A DNA stretch of 64,000 nt, from the NCBI GenBank assembly GCA_964568735.1, contig CAZMRF010000003.1, positions 36,454-100,453 of the forward strand, written 5' to 3'. Below are positions 61,103-64,000 of the stretch, in pieces. Made by a program: the position numbers and the translations under genes. The stretch is from an uncultured Acidobacteriota bacterium (GTDB lineage Bacteria > Acidobacteriota > Polarisedimenticolia > JACPZX01). The first letter of the stretch is position 1; each line of letters starts with the position of its first letter. The notes under the pieces are model-generated. The model worked only from the letters and a program-made list of their open reading frames with translations. It was not told where the DNA came from and made no database searches.

Positions 61103-61295
61103 GCCGGCAACTCCCCCCTCGTGTTGTAGGATGATTTTGGAAAGACGGGCGTGAGTCTACCGCATCAGCCGGCGAAGTGATCCATGAAATTCTCCGCGTC
61201 GCATACGTAATGTCACGAAGGTTTCTGTGGATAACTGATCGCCGAAAAACTCGCGGTGCGTGCGGCGACCCGGAGGGTCCGGCGCGGCGCGGAGC

Positions 61296-62930
61296 TCAGG
61301 CCGTGAGACCTTCGAGCCTGAGCTTGTTCCTGGCGTTTCTTCCCAGCTTCGACTTTCCTTCCTTCTCGGCGACCATCCGGAGCAGCTCGGCCCCGATGGC
61401 CTTCTCCTCGCCGGTCCCCTCGGCGAGGTGAAAGCCGAGCCAGTAGAGATCTTCGGAGTCGAGATGCGCCCTTTCCTTGCGGATACGTTGCAGGAAGGGG
61501 AAGGTCACGTCCCGTGCGAGGTGCTTGAAGAGGTCGAGCGGAGAATCGGGAGATCGCGGGGAAACTCCCTCGACGTTCGCCGTCGCCCGCAGGCTGGCGA
61601 GCGCGAGCTCGAACCTGGCATTCGCGTCGAAGTGCTCCGTTCTCAGGAGCGGCCGCAGGAGAGCGTCCATGTCCTCGTAGCGCCGGGCTTTCTTCAGGCG
61701 GGCCGCACGGCTCATGAGCGCCCCGTGGAGGAGCTTCGGCCCGGCGTGCCGTGCCACGTGCATCCATGGCTCCGCGATCCTCTCGCCCTTCAGGAGGAGG
61801 TCGATGGTCCTCTTGATGTGCTCGTTGAGCGTCGGCCGGGGGATCTTCGGTGCATGGTTCTTGAGGATGTGCGCCACGGCCCAGGCCCGGTGCACGTCCG
61901 TCTGGCGGTCGAGCTCGGCCATGAGCAGGCCGACCGATTCGGGAAGCCTCGAGAGCGAATCGGCCACGGCGTCCCGCAGCGAAGGGTCGGAATCCGACAG
62001 GAGGCTGACGAGCCGCCGGGCCGTGCGGAGGCCTCCGATGTTTCCCAGCTTGCGGGCGGCGAAGCGCCGGACTCCGGGGTCGCGCGCGTCGAGGAGCCGC
62101 ATGAGCTGGGAGGCCGCGCTCTTGGGCAGCTCCATCCTGTAGAGGACCTCGAGCGCCGTGCTCGTGAGCGTCGGGGAGACCTTGTCGGTGAGGAGGTTGA
62201 AGACTCCCGCCAGGGCCTTCGTGGAGGGCGTGGACCCCTTCATCGCGGCGCCTATGGCGAGGAGCGCCTCGCGACGCACGGCCTCCGGATAGCCGGGGCC
62301 CGCCAGGCGGAGGATGAGGGGTGCGCTGGTCGTGTCCCCGAAGGCGCCGAGGAGGCCGAGTCCGGCCGAGAGAGTGGTGGGATGCGCCTTGCGCGCAGGC
62401 CCCCGGAGGATGCGCTCGACGCGCGCCCGGATCGCCTGTCTCTCCGGACGGCCCATCCCCGTGGCCCGCTCCGCGAGGGCGTGCGCCGACTCGCGCGCGG
62501 CCTCCGGATGGCCTGCCTGCACGAGCGCGAGCAGGGCCTCCATCGAGCGGCGGTCCCCGATCTTCGCGAGCACCGTGATCAGGGCCCTCCGGACGGGAGG
62601 GGGCGAGTCGGTCAGCTTCTTCGAGATGAGCGGGACGGCCTTCGGCCCGAGCGCGCTCAGGGCCTCGAGCGCCATCCCCCGGGTATCTCCGTCCTCGATT
62701 TCCAGGAGGGGCATGAGGAAGGGGATGCCGACCGGCAGGGCGATCTTCCCGATGGCTTCGATACAGGCGATGCGGACCGGTCTGGGGCCCGCTCCGAGGG
62801 CCGCTCCGAGGGACTTGACCACCTCGGCATTGCGAACCCGCAGCTCCCCGAGAACAATTGCGGCCGCAGCCTGGTGCTCGGGTGGCCCCTTCCTGAGGAG
62901 CTGGAGGATCTGCCGGGTCTGGGCGCTCAT
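61296..62930 (-). CDS. HEAT/PBS-lyase-type repeat protein (544 aa)
   Basis: ATG 62928-62930 (MSAQTRQILQLLRKGPPEHQAAAAIVLGEL...). Repeated 'xxVRxxAxxALGxIG' HEAT-like units throughout. The track ORF over-extends to 63542. Confidence 0.65.
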   Translation of the reverse strand: MSAQTRQILQLLRKGPPEHQAAAAIVLGELRVRNAEVVKSLGAALGAGPRPVRIACIEAIGKIALPVGIPFLMPLLEIEDGDTRGMALEALSALGPKAVPLISKKLTDSPPPVRRALITVLAKIGDRRSMEALLALVQAGHPEAARESAHALAERATGMGRPERQAIRARVERILRGPARKAHPTTLSAGLGLLGAFGDTTSAPLILRLAGPGYPEAVRREALLAIGAAMKGSTPSTKALAGVFNLLTDKVSPTLTSTALEVLYRMELPKSAASQLMRLLDARDPGVRRFAARKLGNIGGLRTARRLVSLLSDSDPSLRDAVADSLSRLPESVGLLMAELDRQTDVHRAWAVAHILKNHAPKIPRPTLNEHIKRTIDLLLKGERIAEPWMHVARHAGPKLLHGALMSRAARLKKARRYEDMDALLRPLLRTEHFDANARFELALASLRATANVEGVSPRSPDSPLDLFKHLARDVTFPFLQRIRKERAHLDSEDLYWLGFHLAEGTGEEKAIGAELLRMVAEKEGKSKLGRNARNKLRLEGLTA

Positions 62931-63134
62931 GGTGGGAGGTCCGCCGGGGGTTCTCGGGGCGTCTCGGTAAGTACTCAATCTAAACGACTTAGGGCTTGAA
63001 TCCTCATGAGGGCGATCGCTCGCAAGTGACCCCCCGTATGGGGAGCGCCGCAGAATAGCAGAGTCAGCCAATCCCGTGTAGAAGCCCCTCTCGCCGGGGG
63101 AGCTCTCTCTCAACCGTCCGAACCGAAGGGTCTT

Positions 63135-64000
63135 ATGTCGAAATCCCAAGAGCCTGCCGGCTCCCCGGTCAGTCCCCCGCGCTCCGCGACCTCGATACGG
63201 GTGACCGGGGCCCGCCAGCACAACCTCCGAGGCATCGATCTGGAGATTCCCGCCGGATCGCTCGTGGCCGTGACGGGCGTGAGCGGATCGGGGAAGTCCT
63301 CGCTCGCCTTCGACACGCTCTATGCGGAGGGGCAGCGGCGCTACGTGGAGTCGCTCTCGGCCTACGCCCGCCAGTTCCTCGACAGGATGGACCGGCCCCG
63401 CGTGGATCGGATCGAGGGCATCCCTCCTGCGATCGCCATCGACCAGACCGACCCGATCCGGACGTCGCGCTCGACGGTCGGGACCATGACCGAGATCAAC
63501 GACTACATGAAGCTGCTCTTCGCGCGCGTGGGGAGACTCCATTGCCGGAATTGCGGGCGGCGCGTCGAGCGCGAGTCGCCCGCCGCGATCAGGGACCGTC
63601 TTCTGGAAGAGGCGCCCCGCGCGCGCGCTGAGATCACCTTCGATCTCCCCCTGTCGCAGGGAGCCTCATGGCGGAGCACTCGTGAGGATCTGGCACGGCA
63701 GGGGTTCCACCGGATCCTGACCCTCTCGGGCTCCGTGCGCACCGAGGAGTTGACGGCCGCCCCCGAGGGAGCGCGCATCGAGGTCCTCGTCGATCGCCTC
63801 GAGCTCTCGCCGGAATCGTCCAGGAGGGTGGCGGAGTCGATCGAGCAGGCCTTCCGGTACGGCGGGGGTCGGGCACGCGTTCGGCTGGAGGGAGGCCAGA
63901 GCATCGAGGTGAGCGGGACCCTGCACTGCGCCGCTTGCGACATCGAATACCGCGAGGCGAGCCCCGGCCTCTTCTCCTTCAACACGCCGCTGGGAGCCTG
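63135..64000 (+). CDS. uvrA: Excinuclease ABC subunit A, N-terminal 288 codons (continues beyond window)
   Basis: 'LRGIDLEIPAGSLVAVTGVSGSGKSSLAFDTLYAEGQRRYVESLSAYARQFL' (ABC Walker A of UvrA). Zn-finger 'CRNCGRR'. No stop within the window. Confidence 0.9.
   Translation, partial: MSKSQEPAGSPVSPPRSATSIRVTGARQHNLRGIDLEIPAGSLVAVTGVSGSGKSSLAFDTLYAEGQRRYVESLSAYARQFLDRMDRPRVDRIEGIPPAIAIDQTDPIRTSRSTVGTMTEINDYMKLLFARVGRLHCRNCGRRVERESPAAIRDRLLEEAPRARAEITFDLPLSQGASWRSTREDLARQGFHRILTLSGSVRTEELTAAPEGARIEVLVDRLELSPESSRRVAESIEQAFRYGGGRARVRLEGGQSIEVSGTLHCAACDIEYREASPGLFSFNTPLGA

Overview
This 64 kb window is high-GC (about 68-70%) bacterial chromosomal DNA, gene-dense, with many 4-bp overlapping stop/start junctions (ATGA, GTGA, TTGA). 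The multiheme c-type cytochromes, a single-polypeptide pyruvate:ferredoxin oxidoreductase and selA point to an anaerobic or microaerophilic Gram-negative environmental bacterium (Myxococcota/Acidobacteria-like; not resolvable from sequence alone). Many of the long six-frame ORFs on the opposite strand are GC-driven shadow ORFs and are ignored.

Content from 5' to 3':
(1) 1-7292, minus strand: a putative outer-membrane/periplasmic module of a hexaheme cytochrome c, a YVTN beta-propeller protein, a 722-aa beta-barrel outer-membrane protein, two CsgG/LpoB-like 'VAVLPF' lipoproteins and a SurA-like chaperone running off the window edge.
(2) 7624-13250: an operon of PFOR (nifJ-type), a dihydroorotate-dehydrogenase-like protein and an NHL-repeat protein.
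(3) 13691-15960: a low-GC AbiEi/AbiEii toxin-antitoxin cassette between two about 145-bp direct copies of the 3' end of a diheme cytochrome c gene.
(4) 16841-22782: a peptide-scavenging set of a secreted M1 peptidase, an OPT oligopeptide transporter and a cytosolic M1 aminopeptidase.
(5) 22936-27146: tesA (divergent) with ybbA/ybbP-like ABC ATPase and FtsX permease.
(6) 27209-40111: one giant roughly 4300-aa secreted protein with Ig-like domains, about 24 'DNDCDG' cysteine-rich repeats, a long RHS/YD-repeat shell ending in DPxGL, and a C-terminal cargo domain that resembles the VgrG/gp5 OB-fold.
(7) 40486-41370: a Dam-family N6-adenine methyltransferase with no canonical start upstream of its FxKWAGGK motif.
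(8) 41502-43859: a MetH-like/MTHFR fusion and DoxX.
(9) 44033-49181: a compact bacterial-microcompartment (BMC) mini-locus of a class II aldolase with a C-terminal encapsulation-peptide-like helix, one PduA-like BMC-H and three tandem BMC-P vertex paralogs, bracketed by two membrane-anchored TPR proteins.
(10) Housekeeping and miscellaneous genes: purH, selA, ychF, a cupredoxin plus membrane-protein pair, a low-GC hypothetical gene, a HEAT-repeat protein and the start of uvrA.

The candidates for novelty I rank highest are the aldolase-associated BMC mini-locus, the giant RHS protein with a VgrG-like C-terminal cargo domain, the recombination-delivered AbiE island, and the cytochrome/beta-barrel/lipoprotein outer-membrane module.
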